Assembly (NCBI RefSeq): GCF_048593235.1
Contig: NC_133617.1
Span: forward strand, 71,508,937 to 71,572,936
Source of the DNA: Sminthopsis crassicaudata
Lineage: Eukaryota
Length of the DNA stretch: 64,000 bases
Direction of reading: 5' to 3'
The notes beneath the pieces are model-generated. The model searched no databases. It had not been told where the DNA came from and saw nothing but the letters and a program-made list of their open reading frames with translations. Every line of letters begins with the position of its first letter. Position 1 is the stretch's first letter. Positions 24,191-37,730 of this stretch are shown here, piece by piece. Made by a program: the position numbers and the translations under genes.

Positions 24191-27100
24191 TTAGAGCTCA
24201 TCATGGTCAGGATCCCCAGGAGTCTCTGGGGGCGGCTCCTGGCAGGCGGCTGGGGTCACCAGCTCCATCAGGTATTCGCATCGGCTTGGCTCCGTGGCAC
24301 TTGTGATCACGGTTTCCTTCCCACATACCAGCTTCACCTGAGAGAGCCAAGGGATGTCAGTGGGGTTGAGAACATGTGTGTCCACTGCAACTCCAGTTCC
24401 TTCACCATCCAACCCTACACACCCCTCTACCCCCCCCCCACCCAGCCCAACCCCTAGGTGGTCCTCACCTTGGTAGAGCGGTTGGGGCCTTGCCAGCAAC
24501 CTGTCCCATGCTCATAATGCATGATTCGGAATTTCTCCTCCTCTGACGCATCCCAAGACCCCCATGTGCTGCAGGGAGAGAAGGCAGGCTGAGAGTCAGG
24601 GGCATAGGGGTGAGGGAAGGGGAGGCTGAGGTCCTGGGACATAGTGGTGGTAGGGAGATAAGGCTAAATAAGTGAGGACACTCACCCCAAGTTGGTCTCA
24701 GAACCACCGTGGTTAGGTTTCTGGGTGACTCGGTTGAAGGGACACAGTCTATAAACATACCTGCACAGATAGAAAAGGGCATAGGTGACCCAGGGTGAGG
24801 GGCATGAAGGCCTGCCCAAATACAAGGCTGAGATCTCCTGTGGCACCCCAGTGGCCATCCTATTCTTCATGGGAGAGCCAGCTCCAAAGACTAAGCCCTA
24901 GGCCCGTCCCCTCCTTTCTGAGGTATGTGGGAAAGGGGATTGGTAGCTGTAGACATCCTCACTTTCAACCCCTCTTGGGGAGTGGAGCTCATCTCCTGGA
25001 GGTTCTTTCCCCAAATGCCGCCCCCAGGATCTGGGTGCTCATGCACACAGGCAAGCTTCCCCCCTCAGGGTTTTACTCCCAACACCAGGCTCTGAGATGA
25101 GATATAAATAGCCAAAATGGTGTGTCAGCAGGAAAGGGAAGGCCTGTCCCTTGCTCTCCCTCCCTTTTCTTCCCCACCAAGGCCAGGGAGAGCCTAGATT
25201 CAGAATCTACGTTCAGGGTCATTCCGACTCCTGCCATGGGGCTGGACCCCAGGCTTCTGCTGCTCTCCCTGCCCTCATGGGCCCTGTGAGACCCCTCAAG
25301 TCCCTCTTCCTGAACCCCCTTCTTTTTCAGCAAAGTATAAAGCTGCCAGTCCCAGGTACTTACTCATTGGTGGACAGCTCATAGCACTGTCCAAACAGGT
25401 AAGAAAACTCCCCGCTGGGACCCAAGTCCAACGCCATCTCTTGTTCTAGGTTCCTACAGTGGGAGAGTAGGCAGGATGGGTCGGCGGGTGCCTAGCAATC
25501 TCCCCACCTTGGGTCAGAGAGCCTTCCTGAGGCCAAAGGATCATCAGTGAGCCCCAGAGGGAAGAGACCGGGTTTACATCCTGGCCCCGCTGCTTCCCAT
25601 GTGATCCTGGCCAGGTCCATTTCCTAGTCCAGTAAGACTCCTTCCTTCCCAGCTCTCACATTCCAAGGGCCCAAAGCCCCTTTCTGCTGTTTTCAGAGCC
25701 CTGCAAATCCTAAAATCTAGAGTAACACAGGATTTGGGCCTTTAGGTCTCCTGATCCTCCCCAATGGCCTGGGTTCCAATCTAGCCACTATCTTGCCCTC
25801 CCCTCAGCCCCAGTTCTGACTTGGGAGGCCCCAGGGAGCCATGATTTTTTCTCTATCATCAGGGACAGGACTTCTTTCTGAAGTCACCTCTGTACCTCCT
25901 TGTAACCAAGGCTACCCTCAATTATTGGAACCCTGGGGCCCTACAGAAGGTGGTGACAGGCTTGGGTTCTCCTCACCCCCACCCCCTCCCAGAGCAACTC
26001 AGCTAAGCCGAGGGCCCTCGTTAATGCCTTGTCTCAATGCACCAGAGAGCAGCCTTCAAGCTCCTCCCCAGCATCCTATGGAGCCTATCTGGGTGTCTCT
26101 GCTCCCTTCCCTCCTCCCCAGCTCTTGGTGCCTGAACCCTGCTCCACAAGGGTCTTGAGCCAGTAAAGCTAGGAGACCCTCCCTCCCTCTTCGTGGAGAA
26201 TAAGACCAAATTTCCCCTCCTAAACAGGGGACTGCTGTTTCCCACTCACTGTGCTTCCCAGAGGATGGTTTGGTGGAAGGGTGGAATGCCCCATGGAAAG
26301 GAAGAGGAAAGAATGGATACCAGAAGGGCAAAGTTCCAGGACAAAGACACCAAGCTACTTGTCAAGCCTAGGGATAACAGAAGAGGCCCTCTTTTGTTCA
26401 CGCCTTCCACATGAAGACATGGAGGGGATCAAAGGCCTAAGTGATTGCAGCCCCTCTTGTACTAGAGATCAGTGGTCACTCCTGGATATCATCTGTCCCA
26501 CAGCCATGTGTATCCACACCTCAAGTCCTAACAGTCTCTGTGCTACCTTGTCTCCATCTCCCTGGTGCAAAGTCCCAGGTTCTGCCTGGTACTTAATACT
26601 AGTGCTGGCAGCAAAGGAGTCTGTTCCTTTTCTGTCCCAGGCCTGGGAACAGGAAGGATCGAGGGAGGCAAGCTCAATCTTCTACAGGGGCTTGGGGGAG
26701 GGGCATTAGAAGGGCAAGCTTAAGGCTTCTCTCAAGGCATTTCTAAAGAGTCCCTCCCTCCCCTCCCCCATCCTTGACTAGGACCCACCTCCCTTCTGAG
26801 CCCTGGCCAGAGAGCTACCTGATGGATTCTTCCATCTCTGTCAATGACTTTTCTGCTTCTTCAAAATGGTCTCGAGCTTCCTGGGCCGCTGGAAGGCACA
26901 AAACACCCAGATAATGGGATGGGAGATATGTCAAATTATCTCCCCCCCCCCTCAATATCTCAGGGGAGACAACCATAGGCCTGGAAGGCCCTTAAAGAGC
27001 ATCTGTGAAGGAATCAACACAATGAGAAATTTTTTTACTTTTCCACCCTATTGTTAGCTTGGGGGATTATATAACAGTGGGCGGCCAGCCAGATGTGGCC

Positions 27101-30100
27101 CTTTGGTGTCTACACTCCCACATGTTAGGCCTGACTGCAGAACTAGGACCTGAACATGGGCCCCAGAACTCAAAACCCAGGCTCTTTTTTCTATCCCAAC
27201 ACAGCAGAGCAAAGGAACATTGAAATACAGAACAAAGGCTCAAAGCAATGGGAGCCTCAGAACAGGACTTGCTCACCCCTCATAGCTGGGGATCCTTTCC
27301 CCAACACTGCAGTTATCTTCTGGGTCCTCCCAGGTCCTAAACCCTAAACCCATGTAATAAGGCAGAACCCAGGGAACAACCCAGGGCATCAGATTGGGAG
27401 GTTTCTTGCCTAACTCCCAGAGGGGTCCTAATACAATCATTCAGGACTGAAAAGCCAGCACTCCCCACCCAATCCTGATAAAGTTGTCTTCTCCCTGGGC
27501 CCCATCTCAGGCAGAAGGCCTCAAGACTCTCAGAGCCCCAGGAAGGAGAGAACTGTGTCAAAGTTGTGCCTCTTCTGATAGGCCCCCATCTCTCACAAAC
27601 TCCTTTCCGCTTCCCTGCCCAAGAATCATCTTCCTCACACTCTCAGGATCTCCAAAACTATGCCTTTATTCAGGCAGGATCTCTGTGTAGTCCCTGAGTG
27701 TGAGTGCACAATCCCTCCAAAGGCAGGAGGTCCAAGGCTGATTCTACCATTTACTAATGTGTGACTTTAGCACAAGTCAAGTTATTTGCCTGGAGTCTCA
27801 GCTTCCTTCCCAGTAAAAGGGAAGGATGGACTGAGAGACCTCCCGGGCCCTTTTAAGTTCTAAATGTTATGCCCATAAAGCCACTCCATCTGACGGACCA
27901 GATGGAAGAATGATGGGGTCCTAGGGCCATCCAGAGACATCATGGACAGCAGGTTTTACTCACCACCCTACGCCCACATCACAGGACACCTGCACACACA
28001 CAGACCTCTATGCTCACACTGGCACACGCCCACAAGCTCCCCTCTTGGGAACCCCCAAGTGACGCTGCTGAGAGGAAGCTCAGCTAAAAGCCAGCTCCTT
28101 CCAAGGGCCTTGGGCACCACAGCTTCCACTACTTTCTGAGCTGTCAGAAATGCTCTGCCCAGAGGTCTTTCTTCTAAGCTCCGAGAGCAGGGCAGGTTTG
28201 GCAAAGCCCTCCCCCTCCCCCAGGGAGTGTCAGTTTAGGCCTCTGCAGCAGAGGCAGCAAGGATGCTCAAACTCCCTCAAATGCCCCAGCTCCAGCTGGC
28301 ACTCAGAGCATGGATGGAAATCAGCCTGGGTGAGGAGCCCCAAGTCAGGAGGTGCCATTGCCCAGGGCAGCTTAGGACCTGGGTTTCAGCCAATCCTGGC
28401 TTCTCAGCAGGAGGCCTAGAAAATTCTCTGCCTTGCTCACTGTAGGCTCCCCAGGGGGGCCCTGCTGGCTCCTCCCTCACCCACTGCTAGAGCCAGAGTG
28501 CCTAGTAAAGACTCACAAACAAGCCCAGGGCCCATGGGGAGGCAGCAAAGGGGAGCAAGAGACACCAAAGCCCCACCCCTAAGGGGCTTCCCAGCACACA
28601 TCCAGGGTCAGGCCCAACCCCCTTGGGCTAGCCCTGGGCCCTTCTCAATAATTTTCTTTGGTTCTGAAGCCCCCCCTATCTGGCCAGCCCCTGGGGATGA
28701 TTTCCCCCCACTGTCCCTAGGCTGTGCCCAGCACTGGGCACATCACAGAGCTGCCCTGACATTGGTGCAGGCAGAAGCGGTGTTCTCCCCAATGCCGATG
28801 GTGGAGGCATGGGGATAATCTGCTGTGGGAGATGGGAAATCAGGCCTCCCATCCTTCCCCGAGTCTTAGAGACTGACCTAGCCCCGAATCATCTCATGTA
28901 TCTACACCAGCACTACCTGCATTCCCTGCCCCCAACCCATTGTAGGCTCTCCCATTTCAGGCCATGACTCACAGGCAGCTTCCTGCTCAGAGCCTGGGGA
29001 GACAGGGCAGACAAAAGGGGCAAACTAGAGCCCCCCTCCCCCCCATCCCATCCTATGCATATTGCCTCCTGTGTCTCTAGGGGACTTCAGGTTGGTCAGG
29101 ACAACATCCTCATTGTGAGGGCAGTGAGCTATCTCAGGTCTCAGAGCTACTCAGGAGCAGAGAAAGCTAGAATCAGCTGAGCATGGCACTGGTGGTTCCC
29201 TTCTGAAGGCTGTGGGCACTATCAGGGCCCTGGGAGCAATGCTGGTACTTTGAGAAAGTAAGAAGTTAGCTACAGGTAACGGGATGTGAACCAGCAAGGG
29301 TCACAAGGTAAGGCATGGCTGCCTGGCAGGTGGCCCTGGGTGGACAAACAACTATTCCTGCCTTCTCAGTTTCCTGATAGATTCTACCTGGGACTCTACA
29401 TAGGGAAAATCTATTTCTCATCAGAGGGTGGGTGTCCGTGGTCTTGGTTCCAGAGCCCAAGGCACAGTACTATCTAATAGCTAGAAGATGCTCTCCATGT
29501 ACTCCCTTGCTAGTCCCCTACTGACTAATCCCCTTCTCCACCTCCCTCAGCTTATACATGAAACCAGAACCTTCCAAGAAGCCACCCTGGGTGAAAGGGA
29601 GGCCCATCCCTCATTTCCCACTCCCCCAATAATGATCCAAGACACCACCCAGCCATCATACTCAGAAAGGGTAACAACAATCCTAGTCATGTCAGCTTGT
29701 ATGTGTGCCAGCCTAGCCAAGACCCTGGCAGTCATTCAGAGGTGCCTTTCTTCACTCCCACTGTTGTCAGACACTCTCGGGTACTCATCACCTCATGTTT
29801 TCTAGTGCAGAGTTTTGGACCAGGGTCAGGAAGCCTTGTTTCTAGTGGAACCTTTGTCATAAATTCTCTGTACAAGGTACTTCCTCTATGGACCTTCTTG
29901 TCATCTGTAACATGGTAGGGCAGCACATGGTGGCTGCTAAGATCCTGCCCACCTCCTTGAAATCCTTTAAAGTTCTTAGCTCAGATATCAGGATTCTCAT
30001 CTTTCCAAGAACACCTTTTATTACATCACCCCCTTCTCAAAAACGTCTTCACCCTCTGGCTTGAGACTATATCATCCCTGCTGAGCACAGCTTTTCTGTT

Positions 30101-33100
30101 TCTTGGCCTCTAACAATACCTCCATTTCTGCCAAATCCTCTAAGACTGAAACACATGTCCCGCCCCCCCCCCCGGAAACTTCCAGCAATTTCCCCCCTCT
30201 TTTGAGCTCCTCTAGGCTGCCTATCACATCCACTCCCTAGATCCGGAGCAGGCACCAACACCTGCAATGTGAATTAACTTTTTCAGTGGGAATGGAAGTA
30301 GAACACAGCTTCCTGAGAGGAGAGCCCATTCCTGGTATGGACACAAGATTTGTATGAAGAGGAACGGTCAATATTTTCTAAACAAACACTAAGTGGTGTC
30401 CACAGAAAATCCCCGAGATGCTAGACAAGGCCCCCTCAAGAAGAGGGGGCAAGCCAGGAGCCAAGCATTAGCCAAAGGCCATGAGATGTGTTCCCTGACA
30501 AAATACCCCAAGCCAAGTCTGCTCCAAATGTTCCCCTCCCTGGAAGCCCTCCCCACATACCGTCAATGTAGGCCTGGGTTCTCTCATCATACGGGGGCAT
30601 CTTGTCCTTCACCTCCTCATCCACCTTGACTGACTGTGGGGGCAAGGGCTCCTGGGGAGGTGACAGACAAGGTGAACCCAAATCCCTGGCTCCCTGCCCA
30701 AGTGCCCCCGGTCTTGCCACCTGGGCTCTGCCCGACCTCATACCTTTCTCCCCAGAGAACCTTTTCATCCGCTGCAGGGGCTGCTAATACCCAGGCCCTG
30801 AGCCCAAACAAAGACTGATCCAGGCTGGGCTGGGAGGAGGGGAAGGGCAGGCAGAGCCAACTAACAGATTCCTGCTAGCACCAGGGAGCAGCATCCCTTT
30901 TAAGCCATTCCCCTGGGCCCTGGAAAAGAGACATTTCTGCCTTTCCCCTGTATCCAGCTGTAGTCAGCCTGAGCAGCTTTAGTGATTGCCATTTCTTAAT
31001 GGGCTTCCAGGAAGCCAGCCAGAGTCTGCCCCCACCTCCCTTCCCCCCCAGGCTCCTCAGAAGCCAGGCTTGCTTCCACTCAGCCCCACCTTATCCTCTT
31101 CAGGGCTCTCCTCTTCTTCATCTTCTTCATCCTCCTCTGTTTCTTCATCCAACCCAGGACTTTCATCTTCATCCTCTACTGGGGAAGGCTCTTCTGGGAC
31201 CTCTAGTGTCTCCTCTGCAGGGGCTTCAGCCAGGGGTGGCACAGTGGGCAGGGACTAGCAAGTATCAAGTCGAAATGTATGGAGGACAGAAGCAATGCCT
31301 TCTCTTTCCCACTGCCAGGTCTGGAGGCTACCAATCCCTCCCCCCCTTTCCTATCCCAACACACACCCAGTGATTTGTGTTCTTAGGTCCATATTCTGCC
31401 CTCATTTCCTTGCTTTTTTGAGTTAAGAAAGTCCCTAAGTCAAAGAAAGACCCTGAGGAATCAGAATTAGAGGAGGAGGGGTTGCTGAATCACCAGAGAG
31501 GAAGGGAGTGTGGCTCTTGCCAGATGAGGGCCCACCTGGGGGAGGGGCAGGCAGGGACTGATGCTGTGACCACAAGCTAGGGCAGTGAGTGGGGAGGAAG
31601 AAGGGTGGCAGCTGCCTTGTTAATCAGGAATGGCAGCATCTGCTGCTGCCAGGCCCAGCTGGTTGGGATGGATGGGCTCCAGGGAACGAAATCTTAGCCC
31701 CACTCTGCCTACTTTCCTGCCTCCCGGGGGCTAGCGGATCCTTTGTGAGGTCACAGCGTCCCTTGGGGTCTGGCTCAGCCTGGCCACACGTGCTGCTGTC
31801 TCCCTCTGCTGGCTGGAGTCCACCCCACACCCCGGCCCCTACACCTCCTGGACCCCTCGGCAGTCTGGCCCAGGCTACTAACCTCCTGCCTGTACTTATC
31901 CTTGATGGCCGCCCACAGGCCTTCTTGAAAGCTGACAGCATCCACCTGCAAGGCCTCTCCTAGCAGAGCCTGGAGCAGAGAACAAGAGCAAGGCCTATTC
32001 TCAGTGCTGGAGGCTGCGCGGGCTTTCCTTACAAGTTGCCCTCAAGGCTGGTGCACAAGTGTTGTCACCCCCATTTTACTAATGAGAAAACAGCTGAGAG
32101 GGCATGTTACTCAACCAAGGCCCCACAATTAGGACCATCTGGAATTGGAACTTCCCTGACAGCAGGGGGAGGCAAAGAGGGCACCCTCCTTCAATGCCCT
32201 CCAGAACCCCTTGGGGACTCTCATCTATATCAGGGAGCCAGACAATGGGAAGACGAGAGGCCTAAACCTAATAGGAGTGAAGCTGAAGCCCCCCTCCCCA
32301 CCACAGAATGAGGACTTCCTGGAGAGGCTCCCTGAAGTGGCACTGCCGCCTGTTGGCAGTGCCTACCTGGGGGAGCTCCCCTGCCCTGTGGCTTCACTGA
32401 GGGAAGGAGAGAAGGCTTCCTCCACTGCCCATCACTAGCTGGGAAGGTGTATGTGCACATCCCAGAACACAGGGCTCCCACCTGAGCCCCATCATTACCA
32501 GAGGAATGGTCAATATTTTCTAAACCCAGCCTAAGAGAGGAGGGGAGACACGCATGTCTGCATCTCAGCCCCTCCAATCCCCAATCCTCAGGTCTTTAAG
32601 GGAAGACACACACCAAGTCAGGAAGCAAGGGGTACCACTGCTCCAAGATGCACAGGCCTCTGGGCCACAGCTCAGGGTGAGGCTTAGTCCAGTCTCAAAC
32701 TTTGCTCTCCCAGCCTCTCTGGGCCCTTGCCCAGAGGATCCCATTACCTGGGCTTCGGCCTCTGACAAAGCCCCGTCACCATCCGGGTCCAGTTCGGGAT
32801 GAGTCTGAAGTTCAGCCACTGAAATCCTGGAGAGAGAGGATGAGGGAGTGGGATCCTGGTGGCACTTAGTGTGTGGAGGGGGAGGTGGTATGGATTCAGC
32901 TGGCGAAGGCCGATAAGCCACTTCCCCAAGCCAAGACCCTCTACCCAGAATCAGAATTTATCATTTTTTCCTCAATCCCGGGGCACCTTAGAAGTCAGGT
33001 ACTACTGCACAGCAAACAGGATCAGGAAGACCAAAGTTCAAATCCTGCCTTAGACAGTTCTATGACCCTGGGCAAATCAGTTAACCTCGCCTGAAGATTC

Positions 33101-36100
33101 CCTCACCTGTACAATGACCAAACTGGACTGTGACCTCTAACGTCTCTTTCTAATTTGGAATCTCTGGTCCTGTTGTTATTTTTGATCCAGGGAGAATATA
33201 GAGAATATGTGCTACTTCTCTAGCCCATATCAAAACTATCTTTCTTTCTGGTCTTCAGCCCATCATTTGGCATTTAACATTCAATATGTGGGGAGACAGT
33301 CAACCTCAAGGCTAAAAACATCTCTGGCAACCTAAGGCCCCACCATAGGATCTCATAACTGAATGTAAGGGCGGGGGGAAGGGGGATTACCAAATTATTA
33401 TCACTAAATGTCTGAATGTACTACTGTTTAATACTACTACCTGAGATCATGTAAGAATTTGAACGAAAAGGGGTCAAGAGAGTGGAAAACGTTTTTAAGA
33501 AACCCTGAGCCGAGACTTCTCCAATCTCAGAGCCATTTACCTAGCTGAATGGCTAGGAGTCCCACTTCCCTAAGTCGGGGGGAGACAATGGTCTGAGGGC
33601 AAACCTGCAAACTGCTCTTCCTGTGCAAGAGCTGGGAGTTTGCTGCAGGGGGGAAGCTCCAGGAAGCAGTACCCACCACAGCCCACAGCACTCACACTCC
33701 ATCAGTGTTGTCATCCAGCTCCTGGAAAGCACTGGCAGCCTGTTCCTGGTCCCGGGCAGCCCTGGCTGCTGCCTGCTGCTCTGTTCACAAACAACCGGTT
33801 TCATTACTCTATTATTCTGGCAAGGAGTTGAGACTGTTCCCAAAGCCAAGAGGAATGAAGAGGCAAGGGGTACTCCTCTTCCCATCCCTCTTCCCCCTAG
33901 GGCCTGGTCCTCTTTGTTTCTGCTTTGAAAGTTGTTTGCTAACCAATTCCACCCCTCCAGGTTCAACTCCTGCCCATGATCCTACCCCTTCCCTGACTCC
34001 CCCAGCTCCACTCCCATTCTCAGTCCTTAATGTGGCTAACAATCCCCAATGAGAATAAACGCTATCTTGTTTCGTGCTGGGAGGGAGGGCACAGGGGATG
34101 CCATGAGGGGTGGTTACCTTCCCACAGCTTCTGGTGCCGTTCCTTGAATTCCTTTTCAGGCTTCTCAGCCTCCTCCTTCACGGCTCTCAGCATTGCCACT
34201 TGCTCCTCCAGGGCCTTCTTCGACTCTTGTAAACTAAGAAGCTTGCTCTGGTTATATGAGAGAGAAAGTTTTCAGTGGGGTCAGGATGGCCAGGGACAAA
34301 GTCCCCATGACTGGCTCCCTCTCATTCAAACAGCTTGAAGATGAAGCTGAAAAAACCCCCAAGCAATCCTAAATGCACAACTAAAATGGATTTTAGGCAT
34401 CCTCTAAGGCAATCCCTTCATTCTACCACAGGAGAGGACAGAGAATTCAGACCCAGCCATTTGGCTTCAAATAAATTCTACAAGCTGATAATTATCCAAG
34501 TTCTTTGGCCCTTACTAATCCCATTCTCTCCAGCAGGAACTGGAGCTCCCTAGCTCCTAGGTCAGCTGGGCAAAGGTCAAAAAACTAACCCTGCTACACG
34601 AAAGATGTCCCTGCCCACATGTCCACACCCCACATTGGGAGGGCAATCATTGGGTCCAAGAAGAAAAGAAGTTTTCAATGTCTTTAGTAAAGAATCAGAT
34701 GAAGGGCAGAGTCACCAAGTGAATGGGGCAAGGGGATAGATATTCAACTGAGCAAAGAGACTTCAATTCATTCAACAAAGGCAAGAGAGGAATTGAGGAA
34801 ACTTTTCTTTTGTCTCAGCCACAATTCTATCTGCTTTGCTCTGGAACAAATCTCGGGGCTAAGTAAAGGGAAGAGAAGTCCAAGAGGGAGAACAGGACCT
34901 TTTTAGAAATCACACAAACGGGAGACCCCATAGTTTTCATCAGAGAGAGAATCCTTATTCCCTTCCCCTCTACCTCTAGGCTCCTGATACAATCAGGGAT
35001 CACCAGAATCAGCTGAAATAGGTCTTGGAAGCATTTCTTCCAACTCTCTCACTTCATAGGTGAGAACAGATGCCCAGAGATATCAAAGGATTTACCCACA
35101 AGCACACAGGAAGGAGTTGACCTGGGACTCAGGAGTTAACTTTAAGCCCTGGCCTTTCTCCACGTGGGGCAATCCCCAAGGATTAGGCTAAGAACATTGC
35201 GCTGCCTCACCCGCTTCTCCTCCTGGCCCCTCTTCCCTTCTTCAATCAAGATCTTCTTGAGCCGGAAGCCCTCTCGGGCAACCTCTGCCATCTGCTCCAG
35301 AGTCTCCTTCTCCTTCCGGCCCATTTCCCTAAGGGGACAGCCAAAGTGAATGAGGAGAAAGCATACGAGGGTTAGGGACAGCAGAATTTCTGGAACCAAA
35401 CTTCTCACAGCTTTCTAATGGCTCCCCAAGGCGGGTGGGTTCCAGCCAAGCTTTGAGAAACCGCAATCATGGGGAGAGAATGGAGAGCATGCCAAACCTG
35501 GTTTACTTCTGTGTGTGCCGGTGCCTGAGAACTCAAGTACACTCTCAAGACTGGGACTGGGGGCCTGCACCTGCCAGGGACAAGGGAGCTATTCCTGCAG
35601 CCACATACCTGCATGTGTTCTCACAGACGACGCCGCTGTTGTACTCATCTGTGGCATCGCAGCAATCTGAGGGAGGGGAGCAGAGTGCCAGTGAGGCCGA
35701 CCTGACGTTTGCCCTCGCACTGCCCCCTCCCTAGCCCGGCTTTCAAAGGACCTACCACAGATGCCATCATTGACACGACTCGAGGGAATATAGTGGGGCT
35801 TATAGCCAGCATTGGTACAGTGGAAGCGTCCTTCCGGGCAGGCAGCAGTCCCTGACAGTCATGGAGAGAGGGGGAAGTTATTACTACATCCCACTGAAAT
35901 AAAGTGATCCAAGGTGGATGATGAAGCAATGTGCTGAGGCACAGGCCAGAGGACAGAAAAACAAACAAAGGGAAACAGAGGTAGGTACAAAGAAAACTAC
36001 ATGGGGACACACACAGAGGCTCAAACATAGACACAGAGGAGAAATACAGACACAGACAAGACACAGGAATGGAGAGGCAAGAATGGAGATCAACAACAAA

Positions 36101-37547
36101 ATCCTTTTATTTGACTTTTAAAACCTTTTATAAGCTGGCTCCTGTCTATCTTTCCAATCTTCTTACATTTACCAGACTCATTCTCAGCAATCCAGGTTCA
36201 ATGGCTTCCTTCCTGCCTCTCTGCTTCCCAATTTCCAGGCATTTTCACTGACTGTCTCCCATACCTGGAATTCTCTGCATCCTCATGTCTTCCCTCTGAG
36301 ATTATTTCCAATATACTTTGTCTATACCTTGTCTGTTCACAGTAGTTTCCGTTTTGTCTCGAGGACAGAGGATTTTTTGGTTTTGCCTTCTTTGATCTGC
36401 AATAGCTTTGGCTTGGCTCACATAGGAGACACTTAATAAATCCTTGCTGACTTGAAAGAGACCAAAACTGGCAAACCCAGACGGACACACAGATAAGTGT
36501 CTGTCATAGGCACAAGGATCCACAGAGGAAAACGCAGACATATGGAAACATGGACACGGGCAGTTCCAAAGAAACAGAAAGCTGGGAGGAAAAACCGACA
36601 GAGACACACATGGCTAGCCCCAGACAGGCAGACGCAGATTAAGAAACAGATGCCCAAAGATGGCCTGACAGCAATGAACGGGTGAACACAAAAGTGGGAA
36701 GGTGGTCGTACATCTTCACAAACACACAGAAAAATAATGAAGGGAAACCAGTGGGACAACACACGAATGGGACAGACACTGAGGCGGATGGATGGATTCA
36801 AACAGAAAGACACACAAACACAGGCATGTCTGTGAAGATGCAGAGACAAGTGGACAGTAAATGGAGAGATCAATACACACAAAAGGGAAAAATGAAGATG
36901 TTGAGACAAATGGATGGGCACAGATGGAGAAACAGAGGGACAGAAAGAGAGACAGAGTCCCAGCCATGTGGACTGCCTGGACCACACACAGAGAGACTAA
37001 AAAGTCACCAAGATGTACACAAAAAGATTGAGAGAGAAACAGGAAAAAAGGAAGACTAAGGAGAGCTCCTTGCTGCTGATATACAGCCATTTCCCTTCCA
37101 CCTGAGGATGTAGTTGGGAGCACTCAGGGAGCACTCCTGCCTTCCTCCCGTGGGTCCCTCCTCCCCACCTGGTTCATCTGAGCCATCTTGACAATCACAG
37201 TAGTCATCATTTACTTGATCAAAAGGGATCGTGGAGGACCCGTCCAGGCAGGTGAAAGGCTTAGTTTTGTCATAGAAATGATGATCTGGAGAGGGCAAAG
37301 AAAAATGCCTTTAGCTTCCCACCCACCTCAGGTCAGACACAGCGCGTTATTCCCGGCAGCCCCGCGCGAGGCTGCAGCCCCCAGGCTCCGGCCCCAATGC
37401 CACTGAGAGGCTCCGGGGAGCCCCCCCCAAGCCTCTGGCGAGGGACTCACTAGTGAGGGAGACGCCCCGAGGCCTTTTGACTTCCACGGCAACGGCGGCG
37501 GAGCTCAGCAGCAGCAGCAGCAGCAGCGGCGGCGGCGGCACAAACAT
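24191..37547 (-). CDS. PRKCSH: Glucosidase II beta subunit (PRKCSH/80K-H), 534 aa
   Basis: complement(join(37451-37547,37169-37285,35756-35851,35609-35666,35211-35328,34118-34247,33696-33780,32748-32826,31883-31969,31090-31254,30561-30651,26819-26888,25364-25453,24686-24760,24469-24568,24191-24337)) = 1605 nt, all GT-AG. Poly-Leu signal peptide, [11 protein letters not shown], LDLa-like FTCLDG...NDDYCDC, two EF-hand loops ([18 protein letters not shown]), acidic tract, MRH domain ([15 protein letters not shown]), C-terminal HDEL. Confidence 0.97.
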
Positions 37548-37658
37548 CGCGCTGGGCCCGGGAAGCAGCGGCAACTCTTGGGGCACGAGGAAAGACACGG
37601 GGGGGGGGGGGGGGGGGGGGGAGGGTGAGGGCCCGGGGAAAGGAGCGCCCGTGCTCAC

Positions 37659-37730
37659 CTTTCCTACAAGAGCTTCACAAGGCAGGCAACCAATGACCTC
37701 ACGCTAACTGCAGGGACGTATCCGCCTCCC
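37659..37730 (-). other. PRKCSH: Candidate PRKCSH non-coding exon 1, followed by an 82-nt intron containing a C23 run
   Basis: Minus-strand donor AAG|GTGAGC at 37659/37658; branch-like CCCTCAC, C23 (G23 on +, 37599-37621) and acceptor CCCCAAG| at 37577. The 5' end is not determinable. Confidence 0.5.

Noticed and set aside
35884-37123. Several 100-184 aa ORFs in PRKCSH intron 3
   Set aside because: AC/AG low-complexity sequence and L2 remnants; no homology recognised.
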